A stretch of 64,000 nt of DNA from Eledone cirrhosa (lineage: Eukaryota). How positions within the stretch are numbered: position 1 is the stretch's first letter; every line of letters starts with the position of its first letter. Of this stretch, positions 1 to 13,699 are shown in pieces. Both the position numbers and the translations under genes were made by a program. Where the stretch lies: assembly GCA_964016885.1 (NCBI GenBank), contig OZ024743.1:232748001-232812000 (forward strand), written 5' to 3'. Below the pieces are notes generated by a model. It did not search any database. It had not been told where the DNA came from and was given only the letters and a program-made list of their open reading frames with translations.

Positions 1-545
1 GTACCTTTCACCGGCTTGACCTATTTTTCATCCCCAGAGTAATCTTTTCATTCAAAATACTCTTTCCATTCAAAACTGAAGTCTGCATTCCTCTACTCCT
101 AAATTAAATTTCTACTACTACTATTTTATCAACTTGATCACTTACTACTCTTCTATTGGTCAATTCAAAACCTGTTCCCAAACAGACCTATTATATTAAA
201 TCTTTGTTGGCTTTTTCAATAAACAAATATCATTATTTCTGAAGACAGCATATATATGTGTAGGTATGTATATTCCCTCTGATAGTTTGTAAAACTTTTA
301 CATAGATCTATATGATATACATACCAACACACACATATATATCCTAGAAACGATCGTAAAATGATGAATTTTTTAATATAAGAAACTGTTTCTTTCTTTT
401 ATTCATTGTTTTTATTAATTTATCTTGACTCTGTTTTCCTGTGTTTTTCATCGAAAACATTTTGAATACATCTTCTCTTTTCATGATATTTGGATTACAT
501 TGAGTTCTTCATACGGATTGGACACTACCGTATATTTTGGTATAT
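1..545 (+). mobile_element. 3' end (pseudo-LTR) of a PLE family; other copies at 14640-16110 and 24468-25270
   Basis: Near-identical to 15445-16110 and 24746-25270; contains an HHR; its 3' part is homologous to the terminal arm of the PLE at 30620-36746; ends in (TA)n. Confidence 0.75.
231..366 (+). ncRNA. Type I hammerhead ribozyme with long stem II insert
   Basis: Stem I cattattt/aaatgatg (8 bp); CTGAAGA 239-245; GAAA 347-350; palindromic stem III cgatcg; TA cleavage site. Confidence 0.75.
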
Positions 546-603
546 TTATCTATATATATATATATGTATATATATATACTATATATATACTCTATACATA
601 TAT

Positions 604-646
<43 letters not shown>

Positions 647-658
647 CATATATGTATA

Positions 659-747
<89 letters not shown>

Positions 748-753
<6 letters not shown>

Positions 754-986
754 TAAAGAAAACAAAAAATCAGTGATGCATCTGGACTTATTTTATTGCG
801 TGTTACAATTGTTCGTGATAAAATTTGCTCCTAACGAAAAAATAGTGTCTGAATGATCCTGCAGAAGTAGAATCAGCCGGATCCATACAAGGACCATGTC
901 TCGAGCTACCTGCCGGATAAACAATTGTAACACGCAATAAATTAAGTCCATATGCATCACTGATTTTTCGTTTTCTTTATACTATC
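748..986. repeat. Foldback element, arms about 748-813 / 919-986
   Basis: gtataaagaaaac...tgttacaattgtt is the reverse complement of aacaattgtaaca...ttttctttatac. Confidence 0.9.
845..933 (+). ncRNA. Hammerhead ribozyme, degenerate core
   Basis: gtgt-CTGA(A)TGA-tcc.gcag..ctgc.gga-TAAA-caattg-TA-acac. Confidence 0.6.
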
Positions 987-1864
987 TACACTCTACTCTA
1001 ATGAATATCGAGTGCTAATTTTGGCATACCGCCTATGGAAGCACCATAGCTACCATTATACACAACTATATATATATAATTTACGAACTTGTGCATCTGC
1101 TGTGGTGTCAAAAACAAACGCGCATGACCGCACAGATAAACAATGGACCACGCCACGTGCTTGAACCCGTAAGTGAATTGAAGGTTCTGCAACTCTGATA
1201 CACAGATTATTTATTATTAAGATGTATAAACTTGACATAACTATTATCATCTATATTCTCTCAACTAATCACACTTGATCATATTTCTCTATCCCGTTTT
1301 CTCCTCCCATAATTATTATATTTTTATTATTATTTGAAAAAATCGTTTTTTTTTTACATTGTGTTTTCCCCTCCAAATATTCGCTTATATTTCTTTATAT
1401 ATTCTCTATATATTTTTTTAATCTTTATTATTTCCCCTTTTATCCTCCTTTATATTTTACCTTATTCTTACTTTTATACCTTATTATAGTGTAATCTTCC
1501 CCATGCCTTATTATACACTATTAATTATAGATTATTATTATTACTCTTTTTCCATTTCTAATTACCTCATGTACTTTCTCCTCCGCTATATATATATATA
1601 TATATATATTGTATGCCCTTTGTGTTTGTGTAGCTCTGCGCACCCTCTGCACCATACTATCCACGCCACCCCATCTATGGTTCAGCTAACCACTCGACTC
1701 CCGGGAATGAATATGACCGCAGCTAGTAAACAAGGATCCACACCCCACCCTCCCGCACCAAAATTAGACTTATCGTCCCCTACTTTTGCTCTTTACTCTC
1801 TTTACTCTTTGTTCTTGAATGTTTGGTTGGTAGAGTCCATAACACCAATCAAAGCCCTTTTATA

Positions 1865-1909
1865 GCTCTGACGAATCCTACGGTTACGTAAGGAAGAAAC
1901 ATTGTAAGC
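1865..1909 (+). ncRNA. Type I hammerhead ribozyme
   Basis: gct-CTGACGA-atcctacg gtta cgtaagga a-GAAA-cattg-TA-agc; second copy at 59423-59468 minus. Confidence 0.8.
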
Positions 1910-1950
1910 CAATAAAAATCTTTTGATATTGTAGACGCTCTTGTGTTCTT

Positions 1951-2034
<84 letters not shown>

Positions 2035-2267
2035 TTAGATATATATATAAGTATACATAGATAAATATGCCCATGTATATATATGCATGTATGTATGTGG
2101 TGTGTGTGTGTGTTTGTAGGAGTTGAGTTGAGCCGTAATGTAACCAAGTGTAATAATAACGTAATGACAACAGAAAATCAGATTCTGTCGCCATACATTT
2201 CTTTCTGGTAGAAACATATACATAAACATATACATATGTGTATATATGTATATATGTGTATATATAT

Positions 2268-2502
2268 GTATAACGAAGAAAGTGTGGTAAGGAACCAGGT
2301 GAACCATAACGCACCAGAGTACTCAATACTTATGGTAGTAGAGTGGGTAATAGGAAAATGTTCAAGACCCTGACGGCAGAGCTCAAGCCGTTTCGACGCT
2401 ATAAACAGAGAGAGAGAGAGAAGACTTATTAGGAGCAATATATCAATTTATTTTGACATATTGCTCCTAATAACAGTCTTCTCTCTCTCGCTCTCTGTTT
2501 AT
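2268..2502 (-). mobile_element. PLE terminal fragment (family also at 23520-23660, 43137-43405, 53230-53300) followed by a short hairpin 2400-2502
   Basis: Shared sequence between copies; minus strand carries the 3' half of an HHR (GAAA-cggc..gccg-TC). Confidence 0.6.
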
Positions 2503-2666
2503 GTCGAGCTCCCTTATTTGAGTGGTTTTGGGATGCGTTTTCTAGCGTCTCATGCCACCCGAGCCACTAGTTTACTGTCCCATGCACACATTTCCTTCTC
2601 TCTACCCCGTGTTGCAAGGCAGTTATCTTAAGTTCTCTTAGAGTTGTATGGAATGTATTCACTTAA

Positions 2667-2749
2667 CACGCGCGCTGACGAACCAGGGTGTTTCTTTCCA
2701 TACACTAATCTTTTGGCGAAACAAATCTCTTTGAATTTGTATGTGTGTG
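2667..2749 (+). ncRNA. Type I hammerhead ribozyme
   Basis: cacgcgcg-CTGACGA-acca..tggc-GAAA-caaat..atttg-TA-tgtgtgtg. Confidence 0.75.
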
Positions 2750-2990
2750 ATATATATAGTTATAAAGGTGGGTAAATTCATTCTGATTTATATTTTTAAT
2801 AATTATACCTCTACCTCACTTTTCTTAGTTGATAGATTCCATACAGTGGTGGATTTTCCTGTACGTTGATAAACAAACACTCTCTCTCGTGTATTTCTCT
2901 TTTCTATATATTATAGTTGAAGAGCCCAGGATTCTCTTTCCTTTGAGTTCATAAATTACAGGGACCAACGCAAGTTTATGACTCCGTTAA

Positions 2991-3039
<49 letters not shown>

Positions 3040-4898
3040 ATAATAATAAATTTGAAGTCTAAAATCCAAACAGGGCTCGATAAGGATAAATATATATCAG
3101 ATATATAAGAACCGTAGAGCCTGTTATTTTTATTTTAAAATATATATATATATATGCGTTACCAGCGTCAAAATGTCTTACAAAGAATGTTTGAAACAAA
3201 CGCGTTTCTATCATCATGTTGCTAGTGTAAATGAACAAATGACCAGGAACACTGAGTTATTTCATTATTTCATTACCTCTCTTTTCAGCCGATTTCACGG
3301 TCTAACCAAATTAACGTACACATAACAGACGTCTTCATCTACCTTCACTGTTTGTGTATCCCGCAGTCTTCAATTCTGTTTCATTTTGATGTATGCCAAT
3401 AAAATTGGTCGTTTGCCATAAACAAAACCACAAAGTTGAAAAATTGTAAAAGGTGTTTTTAGATGTATATACGTTACATAAATCTACCATATGAATTCTG
3501 AATTCAATATTTAAATAAAAGAATTCGATGAAGCCATATAGTAATCTATAGTAATAAATATGTCTGAAATACAGCTAGTGTTTATTTTATGCAAAGTTTA
3601 CGTCAAATCCACAGTTTTATATACCCATAAAATGTAACAGAGGCAGAAGCCTGGATCTGCTGATTTGCCTAATTGTTATTGCTACTGTGATAAGTCAATT
3701 AAAAATGAAATTTTTCACCAAATTCACTGAATTAAGTATACTATAAACTAATATCTACAGAAAATTAGTATATGTTTTAACCTCAGTTGCGAGAAATTGT
3801 AAGCAAACAAACATGTTTATATATTTAAACTTGTGAACATGGCTTATGTACGCATTTACGTGTATATAAAACCTTTAGTTGCGTATTTCGCAATGGCTTG
3901 TGAAGGATGTAGACATCTAACAATGGTCTACAAAAAGACCGAAACTCGAGTCAAGCAGTTCGTCTAATTCATTATACAGAGAAATGCGTAAATAAGACAC
4001 CTTTACATGTTTAAATATATAAATATGTTGTAGTTTTCTTGGAGGATTATGTAAAGTTTAGAAAATAGTGATTTGTTTGAAAACTACTAGAATGTATTTC
4101 CATAAGAATATGTCCGTATTGCGGATGGGGTATTTCATCAGCGTACATAGGTTATTGTCATCTTCAAGCTTTTTTGTTTTTGTTTTTATAAGCGCTTCCG
4201 CAGTGAAGAGCCGGAGTAGGCTAATTGTATATTCAATCCTCCCAGAGGATAACCACGGCTATATTGTCGTTGAAGGTGTTAGAGACCAACAGATATCCAG
4301 TATCAACTCCCAGCCGTCTTCAGGTCCCTTATCCCAGGAAATATAAGACCTCTTCCAACACTTGATTCCTGACATTGCCTCAATCTCAAATTTCGAAAAA
4401 TGGCAGTTTCAGAGCGACAAAAATTATACAGCTCCAAATTAGTATCTTTCATTACTCTTTTGACGAAAGGATATAAAGAACTGCAAGGCAGACCCCCAAA
4501 ATCATTGTTATTATATTTATAACAATAATTGTCCAATTCACATTATGGAAGCTTTCAAACAAACTACTGTATTTTATGTAAATATGTTTCCATACACATT
4601 TCTCACAGCATCGGTTAAACGCTGAACTGTCTGTGTACAGATCATGTAGCATAATTGAGCTGCTTAGTGTACAATTTAAAATACAATAGAAGTAACTACC
4701 AACGTATGCACTAACATTATGCAAATTAGCAGAAGCGGTTAGAAACGTATATCTCCATGGAGTGTGTAAAGTGTAAATGGCTTCGGATGATAGACTCAAC
4801 AAAGATCGGTGTTAATCATTTGCGATCTAGTTTAACAATATAGATGTGATTAAATAGACATTTTACACCGCTTCTGTTAAAACCAGCACTGTATGTAT

Positions 4899-5039
<141 letters not shown>

Positions 5040-5204
5040 ATCGTATGAGCGTCTGTATGAGTACGTTTATATAATCGTACATATGCATGAAATGTAAGCA
5101 TGTATGTATATGTATATATATATATAATACATTAATACATATACACACGCACAAATACACACACTCACACACTCACCCCCACACCTCACACACACTCACA
5201 CAAA

Positions 5205-5450
5205 TATATATCTAAAACAGAGAATGTCTGTCTATCTGTCTGTCTGACACCCTAAAACTCTAGAACCACCCAATCGTTTTTTTCAAACTTAACACATGTA
5301 ATACTTATGGTCGTATGAGTGTTTTAAACAATAGATATTTCAAATTTTCACTGCCCTAGGGACCGCATTAGATAGCTATAATGTCGCGCCCTTATAATAT
5401 CTGTCTGTATGTCTGGCTGTCTGCATGACGACATTATGACAAACATTGTT
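5205..5450 (+). mobile_element. Helitron-like 5' end
   Basis: TATATCTAAAA followed by (TGTC)n and ttcaaactt, resembling the start of the Helitron at 40716. Confidence 0.4.
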
Positions 5451-5654
5451 CTCATTGATGACGTATTATCTTCACTTTTTTCCGTTCATTGCCAAGGAAC
5501 GTCTTCATGAACTAGAGTATCGTCTTCCTGTTTACCTTCTGTTGCAACGTTTTTCGAAATATTTACTTCTGCGTTCACAGATTGATTTTTTTAGTTTCAG
5601 AAGATCCCGCTAAGGGTGATAGCAGCGATTCTTCGCCTAAACTTTAATCTGTTA

Positions 5655-5694
<40 letters not shown>

Positions 5695-5778
5695 AAAGTT
5701 CTATTTAAATTGTTGGCATACAACAAGCAAATATCTTTATCACTGATATAAAGCACTCAACAAATAATTGGAGTAAAA

Positions 5779-6018
5779 ATACGATATTGACAAATGGAAA
5801 CTATATTTATAAAACCATATTTATTTCATTATACATATTTCAAGGACACCAAGTTAAATTATGGTGTGCTTTCATCAGATAAAATATAATATAAAACTGA
5901 TCTATATTATATTTTATCTGATGAAAGCACACCATAATTTAACTTGGTGTCCTTGAAATATGTATAATGAAATAAATATGGTTTTATAAATATAGTTTCC
6001 ATTTGTCAATATCGTATA
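5779..6018. repeat. Near-perfect palindrome (arms 5779-5893 / 5904-6018); family also at 58945-59192 and 36868-37145
   Basis: Arms reverse-complementary; between (TA)n tracts. Confidence 0.9.
5910..5974 (+). ncRNA. Type I hammerhead ribozyme (mirror copy 5823-5887 minus)
   Basis: tattttat-CTGATGA-aag.acacca..tggtgt.ctt-GAAA-tatgta-TA-atgaaata. Confidence 0.8.
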
Positions 6019-6035
6019 TATATATATATATATAT

Positions 6036-7084
6036 GAATATAGTTAGTCCTTCATCAGTGATCTTCCAACCATCATTGATATTTCATCGCTTTAAAGACC
6101 ATATACCTCCGGTTGGTGCGAGCAACGGCTAAAAAAAGTCGTTGGGACACGTACATAAAGGGGACACGAGAGTGTAAACAAACAAAGATGGTGAAGCAAC
6201 TAAAAGTGAGGAAGAAGGAGTCAAGTCCCAAATTTCCATGAATATAAATTCGGTGAAATCGTGAACGACAGAGAATAAAGACTATCAAACCTGGTTGGAA
6301 TGTGAGCAAGGAAGGAATTCCGTACAGGTCTAACTTGAGGAAGAAGGGATCTAGTCTGTGAATTCGGTGAACGTAAGTTCTGTGAAATCGTAGACGAGAA
6401 AGAGAAAAAAAGCGACCTGCCTGACCAAGGGTGCGAAAGAAAAGAAATACGCACAGGTCAAACGGGAAGAAGGAGGAGGAGGAGAGGTAGTAACAGAGAG
6501 TGAGTGAGTGAAAGGTGAGGAAGAGGCTAACAGAGAGAGTGACTGTTAGAGAGGGTAAAGGTACAGAGAAAGAGGAAGCAGTAAGAACGAAATAGACGGG
6601 TCACAGCCGGGGAAAAAATATGTGTAAATATGAGAATAAACGTGCTGCGCGGTTGCTAATGGGTTACATATGAATAAAGTTAGTCCTTCATCAGTGATCT
6701 TCCAAACATCATTGGTATTTCATCGCTTTAAAGACCATATACCTCCGGTTGGTGCGAGCAACGGCTAAAAAAGTCGTTGGGACACGTAAATAAGGGGGAC
6801 ACGAGAGTATAAACAAACAAAGATGGTGAAGCAACGAAAAGTGAGGTAGAAGGAGTCAAGTCCCAAATTTCCATGAATATAAATTCGGTGAAATCGTGAA
6901 CGAGAGAGAATAAAGACCATCAAACCTGGTTGGAATGTGAGCAAGGAAGGAATTCCGTTTGCTCGCACCAACCGGAGGTATATGGTCTTTAAAGCGATGA
7001 AATACCAATGATGGTTGGAAGATCACTGATGAAGGACTAACTTTATTCATATGTAACCCATTAGCAACCACGCAGCACGTTTAT

Positions 7085-7092
<8 letters not shown>
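6036..7092. repeat. Direct repeat (6036-6323 / 6667-6957) plus inverted copy (6627-6763 / 6958-7092), pseudo-LTR-like arrangement
   Basis: Duplicated ORF translations; visible reverse complement; CTGATGAAGGACT half-motif. Confidence 0.8.
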
Positions 7093-7152
<60 letters not shown>

Positions 7153-7182
7153 AGTGTAATTTTCTACACAAAACGAAGGTTA

Positions 7183-8851
<1,669 letters not shown>

Positions 8852-8857
8852 AATATA

Positions 8858-8927
<70 letters not shown>

Positions 8928-9142
8928 TATATATATATGGAGAATAGAAATGGCTGTGTAGTTGCTATTTAACGTAACTTAAAATGCACCGGGAATACGA
9001 AGAAAGCAAGAACACGGGGGAGGAGTCTTCCTCATATATATATAAGCACAAAATGTAGCCAACACCTCCAGGCCGAGGTATTCCGTACTTCTCTGTAAGG
9101 TTTCAGAAAGGACGGATAAGCATACCAATCTATGTTTAGAAT

Positions 9143-9169
9143 CCCGAGCAACGCCGGGCCGTTCTGCTA

Positions 9170-9170
<1 letters not shown>
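9143..9170 (+). mobile_element. Helitron 3' terminus
   Basis: cccgagcaacgccggg hairpin followed by CTAG|T, matching the end at 41501-41528. Confidence 0.65.
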
Positions 9171-9240
<70 letters not shown>

Positions 9241-9357
9241 TAAACGGAATAGAAAATGCTGACAAATTGTTCACAGTTGAAAAATGGTTTAATTAGGAAT
9301 AAAAGAGTATTGGTGATTGTTTGGGTTAGTATTCAGTTGTGGTTTTAAGTTTTTAAG

Positions 9358-9395
9358 TTTTTACCGGTTGCGCATTTCTAAATGCTTTTCAAAAA
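9358..9395 (-). ncRNA. Hammerhead ribozyme, U3-A8 variant, in PLE 3' UTR
   Basis: ttt-TTGAAAA-gcattt ag aaatgc-GCAA-ccgg-TA-aaa; one core mismatch (GCAA). Confidence 0.6.
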
Positions 9396-9717
9396 TAATT
9401 TTGAGATAGAGTGTCCGTGCTGTTTGCTCTGATCTGATTAGTTTTGGGAATTCTACCTGTTTTTATGTTAAAAAAGTGGCTCCAGCGTTATTTTTGTGTT
9501 GCAAAAATGCTTGTGGTCAAAACAATTTTGATTGGTCGGTAGAGGTCATGTGAATGTAAAAAGTTGATTTTGCGCCAAGTCTGTTTTTATGTTAAAATGT
9601 TAAAAAAGTGGCTCCAGCAAAAATTCTTGGTCAAAACAATTTTGATTGGTCGGTAGAGGTCATGTGGATAAAAAATTGGTTTTGCGCCAAGATTGAGAAA
9701 TGACTCTTTCACAACAA

Positions 9718-9766
<49 letters not shown>

Positions 9767-9854
9767 TGTGTGTGTGTGTAGTAGTAGTAGTAAGGTGTTC
9801 GATGCTGCGACAATGGCCAGCAGCGATGTGTGTCAAATGGCTATTAAGATAAGT

Positions 9855-9935
<81 letters not shown>

Positions 9936-9990
9936 GCAGAGTCATTCGAAGGTCAAAAGATATTTTTCAGCTTTTGTCTTATACGGAGAA

Positions 9991-10041
<51 letters not shown>

Positions 10042-10079
10042 AGTCTCTTTGTATGTTGATGTACGCGTGTGTATGTGTT

Positions 10080-10118
<39 letters not shown>

Positions 10119-10439
10119 ACCAGTATTTTTTTTTCCCCTGGTAAAATGGTGTACATTATTCGATTTTTTCAGTAAAATCGGTTCTCTTAATAGAACATCA
10201 AAAATCTTAACAATAAAAGGTGTGAAATGATATTCACTATATATATATACACACATACATATATTCACTACATAATATATATATACATATACATATATAC
10301 ATACATATATATGCACATATATTTTTTTGTATTGCACCATAGAGCATGTGTGTTTACGTGTGTCATTGTGTTTATATGTGGGTAGAGATGTGTGCTGATG
10401 TAGGTATGTATGTTGACGTGTGTATGTTGTGGATTCGTC

Positions 10440-12587
10440 TTAGGGAGAAGTGTTTAGACGGGGTCCGTATTTGTTAATGAAGTAAGATTCCTTGCTGATG
10501 CGCTGGGTGTGGGTGGCATTATCTTTAAATTTGTAGAGGGGAAAGATTCTGAAGTTGGGATGATTTTGGGCGGCACAGGTATCAATGTGTTCACTCATTG
10601 GTATTTTCCTGTATTCCCGTATTTTAATTTGGGATCTATGGACAGTCATGCGTTGGCGGAGGCTGTTTTTGGTCTGGCCTATGTATTGTTCTCGACAACC
10701 TGAACAAGTTAATACATATTTTAGATTTTCCGATGCACATGTGAAATTGTGTTTTACTATAAAACGTTGTCCATCTTTGAAATAGAATTCTGAACCCTCT
10801 ATTAGGTTGATGCAAATGCCACAGTTGGGTCTATCGCATTTGTTTACTGTGGGTTTCGTTGTTGTGGTTGGCAGTACTTTGGCATGTGTTAAGATGTTTT
10901 TCATTGACTTGGATTGTCTTTTGCTCTTTATGATATCGTGTGTTCGTAGAATTTGGTTCATTCTATGGTCCTTTTTCAATACAGTGATGTTCTGGAGGAT
11001 GGTGTCAAAGGCCTCATTGTTGAGGGGGTTGTGTGTGGAGATGTATGGAAGAGCTTTTAGTTTTGGTTGATTTACTTTAGGGTGTCTAAGGTCCTGGGTA
11101 CTGAGTTTTAGGGCACGTTGGATTCCATTGTCAATTAGTGATGCAGGGTAGTCCCTGCCTATGACTGTGTCCTTTAGTTCTTGTAGCCGTAAGTAGCAGA
11201 TGTTTTTATTGGAGACTATAGTACAGATTCTCTTTGCTAAGTTGTAGGGAATATTAATTTTAACGTGTCTAGGGTGGCAAGAGTTGAAGGGGAGGTATTG
11301 CTTGGAGTCTGTGGGCTTGTAGTATATGTCTGTTTCTATTTTTTTGTTATGGATCTTAATGAGGATGTCGAGGAAGGGGAGTTGTTGATGGCTGTATTCC
11401 ATCGTGAAGTTAATATTTGTGTTGAGCCCATTTATAAGGGTGTGAAATTCTTTAAGTTTTTCGATGTTTTCGTGCCAAAGGATGAAGCAGTCATCTAGAT
11501 ATCGCTTCCAGCTCCTTTCAATGTGTAAGTGGAGGGTGTTTCCAAATTTGTTTAGGACTTTAGTGTAGAGGGTGATTTCCAGGTATCCCATGACTAGGTT
11601 GGCATAAGTAGGGGCTGTTTTCGTTCCCATAGCGGTCCCAGATTTCTGCCTGTAGGGTTTGTTATTGAAAACGAAGTAATTGTTCTCCAAGATAAATTTG
11701 AGTCCCTCTATCACGAATTCTTTTTTGATGCGTTGTGGGAGTTCATTGTGGAAATTATCCAGCCAGAATTGGATAGCTTCTATTCCTAGGTTGTGGGGGA
11801 TGTTGGAGTATAGGTTGCCTACATCGAACGTCACTAGTAGGGTTTGTTCAGAAAGTGGCATATTAGGGAGGTGATTGAGCATATCTAGGTCGTCCCTTAT
11901 ATAGCTTTTGATGTGCTTGAGGAAGGGTTTGAGAAGGGTATCAATGAAGTTGCTAAGACGGTGCGTTTCGCAAGTGGGGCCTGCTATTATAGGTCTTAAT
12001 TTGAGATCATTGGGTGAGGGGACATTGATGACTATGTCTGTGGCTTCCTTGCATGCCTTACTGATTGATTCGCTTTTATGTACGTTAGGGATACCGTAGA
12101 AAAGGCTGGATTTACTTGTGAAGTCTGTGATGAAGCTGAATTCCTTGTTAGTGAGTCCTTCTTTGTATTGGTTGATTAGAGTTTTTAGGTTTCTCATAAT
12201 TTTCTGTTGATTGTAGTGTTCAGCCTTTTCGTAGTATGTTTCGTTTTCCAAAGTGGAGAGCGCTAAGTTGATATAGAATTCTGTCTCCATTAGGACTACT
12301 GTACTCCCTTTATCAGCCTCTTTAATTGTAATGGTTCTGTCGGTTTTTAATCTATTTAATTCTTCCCATTCTTTCTTGTTGAGGTTTGGCTTGTGTTTTT
12401 GTCTGTGCAAGTGTTGGTAAGGGAAGTTTGTGATGTGTTCACAGAATTCGTCCAGGATTTTATTTCTACCTTTTGAAGGGGTGTAATTGCTTCTATTTCT
12501 GGCTAATGATTCATCCTCATTGTACTGGTCGAATAGTTGTTCACTAAGTCGTAACTTTCTACAGAAGTCTGTGATGTCTTCCTTCAT
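10440..12587 (-). CDS. PLE reverse transcriptase + GIY-YIG endonuclease (frame stays open upstream to about 12794)
   Basis: ADKG, FDVGNLYSNI, GTAMGTKTAP, RYLDD, DIYYKPT, CDRPNCGIC linker, LKYVLTC..YIGQT; upstream in-frame INLT..LLSKGLKFTP. Confidence 0.95.
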   Translation of the reverse strand: MKEDITDFCRKLRLSEQLFDQYNEDESLARNRSNYTPSKGRNKILDEFCEHITNFPYQHLHRQKHKPNLNKKEWEELNRLKTDRTITIKEADKGSTVVLMETEFYINLALSTLENETYYEKAEHYNQQKIMRNLKTLINQYKEGLTNKEFSFITDFTSKSSLFYGIPNVHKSESISKACKEATDIVINVPSPNDLKLRPIIAGPTCETHRLSNFIDTLLKPFLKHIKSYIRDDLDMLNHLPNMPLSEQTLLVTFDVGNLYSNIPHNLGIEAIQFWLDNFHNELPQRIKKEFVIEGLKFILENNYFVFNNKPYRQKSGTAMGTKTAPTYANLVMGYLEITLYTKVLNKFGNTLHLHIERSWKRYLDDCFILWHENIEKLKEFHTLINGLNTNINFTMEYSHQQLPFLDILIKIHNKKIETDIYYKPTDSKQYLPFNSCHPRHVKINIPYNLAKRICTIVSNKNICYLRLQELKDTVIGRDYPASLIDNGIQRALKLSTQDLRHPKVNQPKLKALPYISTHNPLNNEAFDTILQNITVLKKDHRMNQILRTHDIIKSKRQSKSMKNILTHAKVLPTTTTKPTVNKCDRPNCGICINLIEGSEFYFKDGQRFIVKHNFTCASENLKYVLTCSGCREQYIGQTKNSLRQRMTVHRSQIKIREYRKIPMSEHIDTCAAQNHPNFRIFPLYKFKDNATHTQRISKESYFINKYGPRLNTSP

Positions 12588-12724
12588 TTCATAGTAGTTA
12601 GGACGTAGTGGGGTCGGTGTGAATTTAAGACCTTTGGAGAGTAAGTTGATAAGGTTGGGTGTTGGTTCTGCACTAGTAAGATTGATAATTTTTATTACTA
12701 TCGGTTTCTCCTCCCTGTCTTGTG

Positions 12725-13408
12725 TTATTTTGTTTGCCTGTATCTGTGTGCTGTGTCTAAAAAATGGTTGGGATAGAGGGGTTGTCTGCTGATGTTAAGT
12801 GGTCTCCTGTGTTTGTTATATTCCTTGTTGTTGTAAAATGTGGTTCGGTTTGGTGGTTGTAGATTGAATGGGGTGTTCCTGTACTGCGAGTATGGGTGTG
12901 TGTTTCTATGTGCCATGTTGTATTGTGGTGTTATAAGTGGCCTACGTTGTTGGTTGTATCGTGTGGTGTGGGTTTGTTGTGTATTGTGGAAGTGAGAGTT
13001 GAGAAAATGGTAATTACCTTGCTGTCCCCTTGAAGCGGGGAAGTTGTTGCATCTATCATGGCGGTGGTATCTTTTCCCTATGTTTGACGATGAGGAATCC
13101 GCGTAGTAGTTGAGTGATTTGGTATGGTGTCTCCTTGAAGGGGGAAAGTTGTAAATGTCATTCTGGGGGAGATGATTTCTTGGGTTTTTGTTCCTTCTTA
13201 TGGTAGCGAGGTTGGGAAGTTCATCTTCGGTGTGGTGCTTCCTTCTTCGTTTGTTTGAGGCTTGGGGGTTTGAGAAGTTGTTGTGCGGTTCAGTTATGCG
13301 TTTTCCTATTTTTATGAACGGGTTATTGGAGGTGTAATCCGTTTGAAAAGTCGATTCATAGTGTAGGAACCAAGCGGCACTTTTTTCCCAGCGTTGAAGG
13401 GATTTCAT
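12725..13408 (-). CDS. Basic low-complexity ORF1 / N-terminal part of the PLE protein
   Basis: 227-codon N/R/H/P-rich open frame overlapping the RT frame; its ATG lies at the (TA)n junction so the true start is uncertain. Confidence 0.6.
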   Translation of the reverse strand: MKSLQRWEKSAAWFLHYESTFQTDYTSNNPFIKIGKRITEPHNNFSNPQASNKRRRKHHTEDELPNLATIRRNKNPRNHLPQNDIYNFPPSRRHHTKSLNYYADSSSSNIGKRYHRHDRCNNFPASRGQQGNYHFLNSHFHNTQQTHTTRYNQQRRPLITPQYNMAHRNTHPYSQYRNTPFNLQPPNRTTFYNNKEYNKHRRPLNISRQPLYPNHFLDTAHRYRQTK

Positions 13409-13462
13409 ATATATATATATATCGGTTCTGAATTTGTTGGCAACATGACCCTCCCAAAGTAT

Positions 13463-13538
<76 letters not shown>

Positions 13539-13699
13539 CATTAAGGATACTATTTATAGTTATGTATATTTTAAACTTTTTACAGTTATGTATATTTTAA
13601 ACTATAAACAGGGAAGGTCAGTAATTTATTACTACCTTATTCCCAGTAAGATAAATAGCTCAATGTAATAATATCAGTTGTTCTACAGAGCAGTTATAT

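Larger units (their letters stand above)
9237..13408 (-). mobile_element. Penelope-like retroelement, Neptune-like, probably 5'-truncated, inserted in (TA)n
   Basis: ORF1 plus RT/GIY-YIG ORF; 3' UTR with tandem repeat (about 9458-9692) and HHR; (TA)n on both sides. Confidence 0.9.

Noticed and set aside
4200-4390. Possible RTE 3' fragment on minus strand
   Set aside because: Resemblance to 51617-51850 too weak to support by eye
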